Virus record (IMG/VR): IMGVR_UViG_3300032295_001092
Location: 1-38,989 of that record
Origin: a virus
Lineage: Duplodnaviria; Caudoviricetes
DNA: 38,989 nt
Direction: 5' to 3' (one strand)
Part shown: in pieces, positions 8,221-16,775 of the stretch
How positions within the stretch are numbered: the first letter of the stretch is position 1
Layout of the letters: every line of letters starts with the position of its first letter
Notes under the pieces: model-generated
What the model was told of the DNA's origin: nothing
Database searches by the model: none
The model's input: only the letters and a program-made list of their open reading frames with translations
Program-made: the position numbers and the translations under genes

Positions 8221-9615
8221 ATGGGCATTTTCGATGTTTTCGCCAAGAAAAAAGGCGTTCAAAACGAGTCAAACACGGTGCTTGGACAGTTGCAATTGGG
8301 CAACCAAGTCATCATGGGGCAAAATAAACAACAGCCCTCCCAGCAATTATTGTATGTAACGACGTCTAGCACCACGACTGCGGGTCGTGTGTTGGATATG
8401 TCAGCATTGACGCGCAATTCAACCGTTATGGGTTGCGTAGGCGTTAAAGCACGCGCATTGTCGCAATGCGGTATTGCTATTATGTCCAAGAACGAAGATG
8501 GCTCATTTACCGATGCGGTGCTTGACCCTAACGTTGGCGCACGTGATAAAGCCAAAGCAAAACAAGTTTTGAATTTGCTCCAATCGCCAAACAATTTCCA
8601 AAGCCAATATGAGTTTTGGTATCAATGGATGATGTGGCAAGACCTTGCCGGTGAATCGTTCACCCTGTGGTGGCGTAAAGACCAAAAAGACCCTGTGCAA
8701 ACTCCAATTGAAATGTTCAATTTGGATGCGACGCTGATTACCGTCCGATTGACAACAGGCAATTATCCCGCTTATGTGTTGAGTTCGCCTTCATACGGAT
8801 TCAGCAAAGACACGCCATTGTCAGCGCATCAGGTAATGCACGTCAAAGAAGCCGCTTGGCAAGGTTCGTCAGGTTTTAATAAAGGCATTTTGGCAACCGA
8901 ATTGATTGCGCTTGACCAAGACATTGATATTTATGCCAATTTCATTATGCAGAACGGTGCAAAACCATCTGGCATATTTAAGACCGACCAAGTAATTCCT
9001 GATGCCAAGTACAAGGAAATTGCCGCACGTATCAAGGAAACTTGGAACCAAATGACGGGCAGTCGTGCAACCGACCCAAGCAAATCGGGTCAAGGTATGT
9101 TGCTTGACCAAGGCATGACGTATGAGAGCATCAAGATGCTTAACTTGCAAGATGCTGACGCGGCTAATTTAAAAATCCAAACCATGAAGCGTATTTGCGG
9201 TTTGTTTGGTGTGCCCCCAGCAATGTTAGGTATTGCCGACGGAAAATATAATAATACTCAAACCATGTTGGATGAGTTTTATAAAACCGTGATGTATCCA
9301 ACCATCATTAGCCTTGAGCAAAAATTAAAACAGCAATTGTTTAAAGGTTACCCAAATCTGTGCGTTCGTTTTGACACCAAAGATTTCCTGAAAGGCGCAC
9401 CGCTTGACCAAATGAATTTTGTGACTGCGGCTGTTAAATCTGGCATCATGACGCCCAACGAGGCACGCCAATATTTAAATATGGCAACCATCGAAGGCGG
9501 TGATGAACTACAATCCGGTGGCTCGTCACATGAGCCTATTGCTGGCACATCTCCCCAAGATACAGGCGGGGGCGGTGGCAGTCAAAAGCGTAAGATGAAT
9601 ATTGGAACAACATGA
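8221..9615 (+). CDS. Portal protein, HK97 family
   Basis: NGAKPSGI, ICGLFGVPPAMLG and GIMTPNEARQYLNM..IEGGDEL motifs. Confidence 0.95.
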   Translation: MGIFDVFAKKKGVQNESNTVLGQLQLGNQVIMGQNKQQPSQQLLYVTTSSTTTAGRVLDMSALTRNSTVMGCVGVKARALSQCGIAIMSKNEDGSFTDAVLDPNVGARDKAKAKQVLNLLQSPNNFQSQYEFWYQWMMWQDLAGESFTLWWRKDQKDPVQTPIEMFNLDATLITVRLTTGNYPAYVLSSPSYGFSKDTPLSAHQVMHVKEAAWQGSSGFNKGILATELIALDQDIDIYANFIMQNGAKPSGIFKTDQVIPDAKYKEIAARIKETWNQMTGSRATDPSKSGQGMLLDQGMTYESIKMLNLQDADAANLKIQTMKRICGLFGVPPAMLGIADGKYNNTQTMLDEFYKTVMYPTIISLEQKLKQQLFKGYPNLCVRFDTKDFLKGAPLDQMNFVTAAVKSGIMTPNEARQYLNMATIEGGDELQSGGSSHEPIAGTSPQDTGGGGGSQKRKMNIGTT

Positions 9616-9640
9616 TTGCAAAAATACTTGCAATTTTGGC

Positions 9641-9670
9641 TTCACAAATTAAACCGAGTAATGTTACACT
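9641..9670 (+). promoter_or_regulatory. Possible promoter for head genes
   Basis: TTCACA-N18-TACACT with extended -10 TG, in the portal-protease gap. Confidence 0.35.
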
Positions 9671-9735
9671 CGCCACAATAGAGAAGCCCCACAAGATAAG
9701 AGACGACAACCAATCTATCCACAATGGGGTGATAA

Positions 9736-10527
9736 ATGAAGAATTACACGCTAATTTGCGAAGCGCAAGTCCAACTGGCGACAGGCGCAAACGAAGCACA
9801 GAATCCATCCGGCATGATGGAAGCCCGAGTGACAACTTGGGGCGCTAGGGAAGGCGCAGACGGACGCAAGTTCAACTATCAACCCGAAGGTTTCATGGAA
9901 TGGGCTAAAGAGTTCAATTCTGGCGACAAACCTTTGCCAATGTTCCTTAATCACAATGACCTCGGTATGCCAATGGGCGAGTGGAACTCATTTGAGTTTG
10001 ACGAAACAGGCATGACAGCAAAAGGTCGTTTGTACACCAACACCGTGGGTGGCAACGATTTGTACCAAATTCTGAAAGAATCACCAAAGATGTTTGGCGG
10101 TGTTTCTGTCGGTGCGTATGCAGAAGAAGCCCGTTGGGTCAATCAAGAAGGCGTGCCATTGGTCAGCGGTGACGATGATGACGAATCGTATTTCCAAATC
10201 ACAAAAGGCGGCTTGCGCGAAGTGTCTGTCGTGATGTACCCAAACAATCCTAATGCAGAAATTCATAAACTGGAAGCCTTTGACGCTGAAGGTCACGTGA
10301 ATCCACGAGTTTTGGAAAAGGCTTTGCGTGATGCTGGCCTCAACAAAAAGGATGCGACCACCGCATCTAGTATCTTCAAACGTGTATTGGAACAGCGTGA
10401 TGCCCCAAAACCCGTTGAAGTAACCCCAACTCAGAGTGAGTCTGATGCGGTGGTAAACGAAGCCGACGCATTGCTTGCCGCTTTTGAAGCGCGTGAGTTG
10501 GCAAAGGCACTTGAAAAACGTATTTAA
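9736..10527 (+). CDS. Prohead maturation protease, HK97 family
   Basis: PMFLNH, GVSVG and LREVSVVMYPNNPNA motifs. Confidence 0.93.
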   Translation: MKNYTLICEAQVQLATGANEAQNPSGMMEARVTTWGAREGADGRKFNYQPEGFMEWAKEFNSGDKPLPMFLNHNDLGMPMGEWNSFEFDETGMTAKGRLYTNTVGGNDLYQILKESPKMFGGVSVGAYAEEARWVNQEGVPLVSGDDDDESYFQITKGGLREVSVVMYPNNPNAEIHKLEAFDAEGHVNPRVLEKALRDAGLNKKDATTASSIFKRVLEQRDAPKPVEVTPTQSESDAVVNEADALLAAFEARELAKALEKRI

Positions 10528-10538
10528 AGGAAATTATC

Positions 10539-11882
10539 ATGTCTATGGATAAAGTACTGGAAAAAGTTGACGCAATCGCTGTGTCCAACGAAGCCAAAAT
10601 TGATGCTGTAAAAAGCGAAGTCGCAACCACCGTGGAATCCGCAAAAGCCGAGTTGACTGAAAAGTTTGCCGCTTTGGAAGCCAAAGTGTCTGCCATTCAA
10701 ATCCCCGAAATCATCCGCACACCTGCTAAAACAGTTCGTGGCGATGTTAACCGTCGCGTTAAAGAGCAACTCGCTTCTTTCGCCAAGGGTAGCAATCGCG
10801 TTCACACAGAATTGAAACTTTGGGAATCTGATGACCAACATTCTGCCTATTTGACAGAAGCCTCAACTTTGACTGGTTCTGGCGCTGGCATCGGTGGTCG
10901 TACTGCTTATGACCCCGTGTTCCACAAACTGCGTTTGCTTAACCCAATGCGCGGTGTGTCACGTAACGTTGCTACCGATGGTTCTACATACCAATTTAGA
11001 GCAAAAACCGGCAACGCGGGAGCCGCTTGGGGTTATGCAATCCAGAACAACGGTTCTGCTACAACCGAAGCAACCAGCATCTGGCAATTGAATTTGCAAG
11101 ACATCAACGTTCAGTTCCCAATCCGTACTGCGGCTTTGGACGACATTGATGGTTTGGAAGCAAACGTCGTGGACGATATGCTCCAAGAATTCAGTCAGCA
11201 AGAAGGCCTCTCGATGATTTTGAATAACGACCAATCAGGTTCGACTACTACCGCATACGGTGGCACGTCTGGTCTGCGTGGTTTGAATTCTTATCCCGGT
11301 TCAAACAGCACCTACACCGGTGGCACAATTTCTGCCGCGGCTTTCGGTTCTTCTGGTACAGCATCTACCGATGGCTTGCACAGCATCGCTACATACGACC
11401 AAACCACCACCAACGGTTTTGCTTCTGCAAATAACGTGAAGTACATTGACATTATTCAATTCATTCACAATTTGCCACAGCAATACTGGTCTGCAAGCAA
11501 TTGCTTTGTTATCAACCCAATCATGCTTGCTGGCATCCGTGGTTTGGTCGACAACAACGGCACGCCTGTGTTTGAGCGTATGTCTCCTCTGGTGTATGAC
11601 GGTATCGTTGGTAAGTTGTTGGGCTTTGACGTGTATGTGAACTCATACTGCTCTGCTCCTACATCTGCTGGTGGTTCTGCCGGTACAACCTCACTGTTCC
11701 CAATGTATTTCGGAGATTTTTCTCGCGGACATACAATCGTGGACAGATTGAGCATGACTCTGCGTCGCTACGAACAGACCGCCCCCGGATTTATTACCTT
11801 CTTTGGCGAAAAACGCCTTTGCTCAAGCGTGGTAGATCCCAATGCAATTATCCGTTATCGCTCCACAGCGACAGGCGCTTAA
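10539..11882 (+). CDS. Major capsid protein (HK97 fold, N-terminal coiled-coil delta domain)
   Basis: Strong RBS; coiled-coil leader; KLLGFDVYVN, YFGDFSRG..IVDR and GFITFFGEKR motifs. Confidence 0.93.
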   Translation: MSMDKVLEKVDAIAVSNEAKIDAVKSEVATTVESAKAELTEKFAALEAKVSAIQIPEIIRTPAKTVRGDVNRRVKEQLASFAKGSNRVHTELKLWESDDQHSAYLTEASTLTGSGAGIGGRTAYDPVFHKLRLLNPMRGVSRNVATDGSTYQFRAKTGNAGAAWGYAIQNNGSATTEATSIWQLNLQDINVQFPIRTAALDDIDGLEANVVDDMLQEFSQQEGLSMILNNDQSGSTTTAYGGTSGLRGLNSYPGSNSTYTGGTISAAAFGSSGTASTDGLHSIATYDQTTTNGFASANNVKYIDIIQFIHNLPQQYWSASNCFVINPIMLAGIRGLVDNNGTPVFERMSPLVYDGIVGKLLGFDVYVNSYCSAPTSAGGSAGTTSLFPMYFGDFSRGHTIVDRLSMTLRRYEQTAPGFITFFGEKRLCSSVVDPNAIIRYRSTATGA

Positions 11883-11896
11883 TTAGCAAAAAGAAT

Positions 11897-11924
11897 GATG
11901 GGGGGCTTCGGCTCCCCGTCTTTT
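11897..11924 (+). terminator. Intrinsic terminator between the two capsid genes
   Basis: GATGGGGGGC-TTCG-GCTCCCCGTC stem with a cUUCGg loop, followed by TTTTAATTTTT. Confidence 0.85.
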
Positions 11925-11945
11925 AATTTTTAAGGAATTATCAAA

Positions 11946-12962
11946 ATGAGTGCAAACCAAAAAATCCTAGACGGTATCAAAAAAGCCATTAAAGAAGGCG
12001 GCAAAGTCAACATTGATTTGCGCGAGGCGTCAACGCTTACAGGGTCTGGTGATGGCATTGGTGGTCGTACTTATTTTGATGATGCTTTCACAGCGTTGCG
12101 TTATGCAAACCCTTTCCGTAAGGTTGCACGCAACATTAAATCGCCCAATTCATCTGCGGTGCAATTTGTTGCCAAGACGGGTAATGCGACTGGTGCTAAT
12201 CCTTGGAATCCCAATGCAACGCCTGACACGGGTTCACCAAACACCGCTACCGCGTACTGGGTCATGCCTACGCGCATCATTAATGCACAATTGCCCATTC
12301 GTATGGCGGCATTGGATGACATTAACGGTTTGCAAGACGCAGTTTTAAAAGATTTGGCTCTGGAATTTAGCCAACAAGAAGCCGCGTCAATGGGCAATAA
12401 CAATGACCAATCAGGTTCAACCACTACGACAACTGGTGGCACATACGGCTTGCGCGGTTTGAATGTGTACGCTAGTGGTTCAGCCGCGTTTGGCACAAGC
12501 GGTACAGCAATTACAAACGGCATCCACACAATTGCAAACGTCAATTTCACAACTGGCGCGTTGGAACACGAAACATTGACAGCCATGGCAAGCGCGTTGC
12601 CCGGTCAATATTGGGATGGCGCGGCATGGATGATGACACCAGCGGCTATTCTTGCTTTGCGCAATTACGTGCATGGTTCTCCAAGTCAATCAAGTTATGC
12701 GTTTATTGAAAATGGCGCAGACAATGCTGGTTCTTTGACACACGTGTTTGGTTTTCCCGTAATTGTCAACCCATATTTGTCTGCCACAAACCCCGTGTAT
12801 TTGGCAAATTGGGAACGTTTCATGACCATTGCTGACGTGGAAGAATTTAGCGTTCAAGTGTTTGAACAGACCGCTCCCGGTTTTGTGACCCTGTACGCTG
12901 AGAAACGTCTTGCAAGTACCGTGCTTGACCCGTTTGCTGGCGTTCGTGCTACTGCAACCTAA
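11946..12962 (+). CDS. Second capsid protein, paralogue of the MCP lacking the long delta domain
   Basis: Colinear shared blocks EASTLTGSG.GIGGRT, AALDDI.GL, NNDQSGSTTT..GGT.GLRGLN and EQTAPGF.T...EKR. Confidence 0.9.
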   Translation: MSANQKILDGIKKAIKEGGKVNIDLREASTLTGSGDGIGGRTYFDDAFTALRYANPFRKVARNIKSPNSSAVQFVAKTGNATGANPWNPNATPDTGSPNTATAYWVMPTRIINAQLPIRMAALDDINGLQDAVLKDLALEFSQQEAASMGNNNDQSGSTTTTTGGTYGLRGLNVYASGSAAFGTSGTAITNGIHTIANVNFTTGALEHETLTAMASALPGQYWDGAAWMMTPAAILALRNYVHGSPSQSSYAFIENGADNAGSLTHVFGFPVIVNPYLSATNPVYLANWERFMTIADVEEFSVQVFEQTAPGFVTLYAEKRLASTVLDPFAGVRATAT

Positions 12963-12972
12963 GGGGCAATAA

Positions 12973-13641
12973 ATGGCAGTTGAGAACCAAACACTCGCGC
13001 CTTTTTATTCCAATCAACGGAATCCGTACAACTACGCCAAATTTGAGCAAGTTTCACGGGACGTTTCCACGCATTGGTTGACGTTGGACGAAATCACCAA
13101 TCAGTTAAATCTGTTTGATGACGAAAGCCAAGACACATACGTGCAATCGCTTGAATTGGCTACACGCATGGCAATCGAGGATTACCTTGGCGCGGCTATT
13201 CTTCCAATTACATGGAAAGTGTATTACACCAATTTTGGGCTGTACAACACCTCCGTGTATTTGGATTTGCCCGAGGTGCAATACCCAAACCAAACCGGTC
13301 AAACGGCAAGCATTGTCATTAATGAGGTGGCGTTTTATTCCACGTCCAATGTCACGCCTGTCGTCATTGACCCAAGCCAATATTCATACGACCCAACTGG
13401 CAATCGTGTAATACTTAACACCATTCCAAACACGTTGAATCAAGAAGTGGCGAATCCAATCATGGTGACGTACACGCAAAATTCTGCATTTTTGGCGACG
13501 TACCCCGTCATTAAACAAGCGGGTTTGATGTTGTTGACACACATCTACAACAATCGTTCCAACACGTCAGACACGTTGTTGCGCGAAATCCCGTTTGGTG
13601 TTGCCACCTTGCTTCGTCCTTACAAACCATTGGTGATGTGA
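12973..13641 (+). CDS. Head-tail connector (gp6-like adaptor)
   Basis: LTLDEI..L, AIEDYLG and IKQAGLMLLTHIYNNR..IPFGVATLLRPYK motifs. Confidence 0.85.
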   Translation: MAVENQTLAPFYSNQRNPYNYAKFEQVSRDVSTHWLTLDEITNQLNLFDDESQDTYVQSLELATRMAIEDYLGAAILPITWKVYYTNFGLYNTSVYLDLPEVQYPNQTGQTASIVINEVAFYSTSNVTPVVIDPSQYSYDPTGNRVILNTIPNTLNQEVANPIMVTYTQNSAFLATYPVIKQAGLMLLTHIYNNRSNTSDTLLREIPFGVATLLRPYKPLVM

Positions 13642-13642
13642 T

Positions 13643-13987
13643 ATGGCAATTGCACGGTTTGAGAACATTACTGTTAATCAACTGACCTTCGGGAGCAGTT
13701 CGTTTGGCGAGCAATCAACCACGATTACCAAGTGGTTTGACACTCGCGCGCGTGTTCATTCCGTCAACAACCATGTTCGCATCTCAGAAAAATACAGGGT
13801 TTATTCCGACATTGTGGAATTTACTTTGAATTACACGCCCAACACAAAGGCAATCGTGGACAGTCAGAATCTGTATTCAATTAAATGGAAAAATTTTGAT
13901 TGGCGCGTGGACAGCGTGCGTGAATCTGACGACCGCATGACGGTTAAATTTATGTGTGTGCGTAACGACCCCGTGGTGGCTGTATGA
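13643..13987 (+). CDS. Head closure / head-tail joining protein
   Basis: Position and size; FGEQSTTITKWFDTRARV resembles SPP1 gp16-like proteins. Confidence 0.75.
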   Translation: MAIARFENITVNQLTFGSSSFGEQSTTITKWFDTRARVHSVNNHVRISEKYRVYSDIVEFTLNYTPNTKAIVDSQNLYSIKWKNFDWRVDSVRESDDRMTVKFMCVRNDPVVAV

Positions 13988-14406
13988 CGACACAAATGAA
14001 CGTTGTTAATTACGGCAAGGCAATTCAATACCAATTGTCGCAAATCGTCACGCCCGTTCCTGTGTACGCGGCTTTTAATCGTAATTTTGCAACACAGCCA
14101 AAATTTATTACATGGATGCTTCGCAACGTCCATCAAGAAGTTTATACCGGTACATATCAATCGGTAAAAGGCATTGACCGCCCTGTTTTTCAAATAAGCA
14201 TTTTCACGCAACAGATTGAAGATGGTTTCACAATTTCAAATCAGGTACTACAATCGCTACACGGTTATAGCGGTGTGCTGGGTGATATTGCAAATGGTGG
14301 TTTTTATATCGCCAAGGCGGATTGCCAATGGTTGTACAACAGTTATGACAACGAAAATAAATTGGCGCAAATCTTCATTGATTGCACAATAGATATTCCA
14401 ACATAA
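13984..14406 (+). CDS. Tail completion/terminator-like protein
   Basis: Directly before the tail tube gene; FQISIF motif; 140 aa. Confidence 0.65.
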   Translation: MTTQMNVVNYGKAIQYQLSQIVTPVPVYAAFNRNFATQPKFITWMLRNVHQEVYTGTYQSVKGIDRPVFQISIFTQQIEDGFTISNQVLQSLHGYSGVLGDIANGGFYIAKADCQWLYNSYDNENKLAQIFIDCTIDIPT

Positions 14407-14441
14407 GACACGATTTTTTCAACTCTTTAAAGGAAACTCAA

Positions 14442-14936
14442 ATGGCTTTACCAACCAAAATTTTGCCCGGTTTTAGCGCAACACTGTACGCGCAACCCAG
14501 CGCAACTCCCACCGCGTTGACCGTTTCGGCTTTGTCAACATACGCAACTGTTTCTGCCTTGGCAATCTCTGGCAACTTAGTTCCTGTTGAAGCCATCCCT
14601 CCATTCGGTCAAGATGATGCCGTGGCATCTTTCTCCGTTGCTGGTTCACGCCAGTCGGACAAGATTCCCGTGCAGTCTGCTCCCACAAGCATGACCATTA
14701 CAGCCGCATGGAACCCAAGCGACACCGTGTTGTTGTTGTTGCGTGGTGACGCGTACAACGGCACGATTGACCGTACCTTTGTTATCTCTGCAACCGATGG
14801 TACTGGCATCGTTAACTACGCGTTTAACGGTCGTGTGAGCCAATGGACAATTGATTCAGCCCCCGGTGCTGAAGCCAAGGTGACATTCACCATCCATCCA
14901 CGTGGCAATCAATACGGCTGGTCTGCCAGCGCCTAA
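14442..14936 (+). CDS. Major tail tube protein
   Basis: AAGGA RBS before ATG 14442; beta-rich, AFNGRVSQW...VTFTIHPRG. Confidence 0.8.
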   Translation: MALPTKILPGFSATLYAQPSATPTALTVSALSTYATVSALAISGNLVPVEAIPPFGQDDAVASFSVAGSRQSDKIPVQSAPTSMTITAAWNPSDTVLLLLRGDAYNGTIDRTFVISATDGTGIVNYAFNGRVSQWTIDSAPGAEAKVTFTIHPRGNQYGWSASA

Positions 14937-14938
14937 TC

Positions 14939-15136
14939 ATGGCACTTAAAGACGCTGTCGATATATTGAGTAGCACCTACTTGCCCTTTGACCTCATGGT
15001 CAGGGGCATGGAATTGGATGCAAAAGAAGTGGCTGATGCTTTGGCAAAGGCTACACCCGACACGGAAGAAGAAACCGTGTTGCTATTTTTGGCTTCACGT
15101 TTTCCATACGTAGCGCCTAAAACAACCAAAGAATAA
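14939..15136 (+). CDS. Hypothetical protein
   Basis: Tightly packed within the late operon. Confidence 0.65.
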   Translation: MALKDAVDILSSTYLPFDLMVRGMELDAKEVADALAKATPDTEEETVLLFLASRFPYVAPKTTKE

Positions 15137-15139
15137 AAT

Positions 15140-15364
15140 ATGACCACGACAATAAAAGACAGTAACGACCTTTTGGGTTTCCTAGTAAGCCAAGCCGAAT
15201 CTCGCAAGGATTGGTTTGGCTTTTCTCAACAACGCATGACTGCGGTTACGCTTGCGCATCAAATCGCGCAAAATCATGCGGACAAGATGACACCGGAAGA
15301 AGTCGTTAATTACGCGTTACAAGTCAATCATCTAATATTCCACAAAATAATCAAGGCGGCTTAA
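15140..15364 (+). CDS. Hypothetical protein
   Basis: Tightly packed within the late operon. Confidence 0.7.
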   Translation: MTTTIKDSNDLLGFLVSQAESRKDWFGFSQQRMTAVTLAHQIAQNHADKMTPEEVVNYALQVNHLIFHKIIKAA

Positions 15365-15367
15365 ACC

Positions 15368-15934
15368 ATGAAGGCATCTTTCAAAATTGATGGTTTGAAA
15401 GAAGTCTTAGCCGCTTTTGAAGATTTGGCAGATGAAATTGGCGATAAAAAAGCCACGGGCAAAGTGCTTGTTCCCGCTGTACGCGAGGCAATGCAACCCG
15501 TTTTGGCACAAGCCGTAGCACGCGCACCCGTCAACACAGGCGGTTTAAGATTGTCTTTGCAAGTCGAAGCACGACGACCAACCAAACGCGACAGACGTTC
15601 AAAATATATTACGCAAACCGATACTGTCATTGGTGCTGTAACAACGGCATCAGGCAAAAAACTTGCTCAAATGAGTGAGGGCAAAGGTTTATTGCGTGCA
15701 AAGAAACGTCTTGCCAGCATGGAAACCGACGCGCACGTAGGTGCATATCGCGCAAAGAATTTCCAAGGAATCACAAGCGACGCACGCGCAATTGCGCAAG
15801 AATTCGGTACAGCAAACCATGGCGCACATCCATTTTTGCGTACCGCAATGGAATCTCAAGCCCAAGAAACCGCAAAACGGCTTGGAGATATTATCGGTAG
15901 GCGGTTAAATCAATACAAGGCAAAACAGAAATGA
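15368..15934 (+). CDS. HK97 gp10-like tail component
   Basis: IDGLKE, APVNTGGLRLS and QEFGTANHGAHPFLRTA motifs. Confidence 0.88.
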   Translation: MKASFKIDGLKEVLAAFEDLADEIGDKKATGKVLVPAVREAMQPVLAQAVARAPVNTGGLRLSLQVEARRPTKRDRRSKYITQTDTVIGAVTTASGKKLAQMSEGKGLLRAKKRLASMETDAHVGAYRAKNFQGITSDARAIAQEFGTANHGAHPFLRTAMESQAQETAKRLGDIIGRRLNQYKAKQK

Positions 15935-16413
15935 CAAAATTTTCTTCAGCGTTTGGTGAAAAATATCAAGCAAATAAACAGAATTTATTGATTCGTTCTT
16001 TTGAATTGGGCGGGCATACGTTCAAAGTTCGGATTCCATTGATGGCGGAATCGGATGCAATTTATAAAAAGGTCACAAACCCTGACGACGCAATGGTTGA
16101 GCAGATTTATGAATCGTTGGCAGAACCATTGAGACGATTTAAAGACAATCAAACAGAAGAATTTAAATTTACTGACAACGACATTTTGGTTGACGGTCGT
16201 TCAATGCGCGAAGCCGCAAAGAACAAGGCTATTACAGAAGCACGTATTACAGAATTTTTTAAATTGCTTGTGCCCGAATTGGATGGAGCAAGCCTTGAAG
16301 ATTTGACATACAAAGACATTGAGGACGAATTCCCAATGTCGGTGCAATTGCAAATTGTAGAAAAGATTGGCGAAGCAATCAGCCCGACATACAAGGAAAG
16401 TCGGGGAAACTAA
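15931..16413 (+). CDS. Tail assembly chaperone (G-like)
   Basis: Lies before the tape measure gene; ends in slippery GGGAAAC-TAA. Confidence 0.8.
   Translation: MTKFSSAFGEKYQANKQNLLIRSFELGGHTFKVRIPLMAESDAIYKKVTNPDDAMVEQIYESLAEPLRRFKDNQTEEFKFTDNDILVDGRSMREAAKNKAITEARITEFFKLLVPELDGASLEDLTYKDIEDEFPMSVQLQIVEKIGEAISPTYKESRGN
16404..16410 (+). other. -1 programmed frameshift site G GGA AAC
   Basis: Heptamer is correctly phased; the -1 frame reads GGG AAA CTA ATT GGC TCG TTG and joins the 16422 ORF. Confidence 0.85.
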
Positions 16414-16775
16414 TTGGCTCGTTGAAAAGTCAATGCATCGCGGCAATGATTTTCAACGGGCACACACTCGACACAATCTCAGAAGTTGATGACGTAACAA
16501 TGGCGAACATTCAAACAATGTATGCGGATGGGTTGATTGGAAATTACGGATTGCTGACGCAAATGGCAACGCTGACAAATGGCGTTTTTAACTATATGAG
16601 GGCGGCAAATTCTCCCCCGTATAAACTAGCCAACATCCTCGGTAATGCGTATGATTACATCTATCCACCGTTGCCGCCTGAAGTACAAAAAGAATCAGTA
16701 AGCAATAGCCTGTTGGCGTTTATGACACAGGCTCAAGGGTTCGACAAATCAAAGTTTGAGGTAAAACATGGCTAA
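16404..16775 (+). CDS. Tail assembly chaperone frameshift extension (T-like)
   Basis: Open -1 frame to 16775 without a clear RBS of its own. Confidence 0.75.
   Translation, partial: GKLIGSLKSQCIAAMIFNGHTLDTISEVDDVTMANIQTMYADGLIGNYGLLTQMATLTNGVFNYMRAANSPPYKLANILGNAYDYIYPPLPPEVQKESVSNSLLAFMTQAQGFDKSKFEVKHG

Noticed and set aside
9612-9848. 78-aa ORF between portal and protease
   Set aside because: It overlaps the protease by 113 nt and spans a likely promoter; the ATGA overlap keeps it possible but unsupported.
11946-12962. Assembly duplication or pseudogene of the capsid gene
   Set aside because: Substantially diverged in sequence, with an intact frame and its own RBS.
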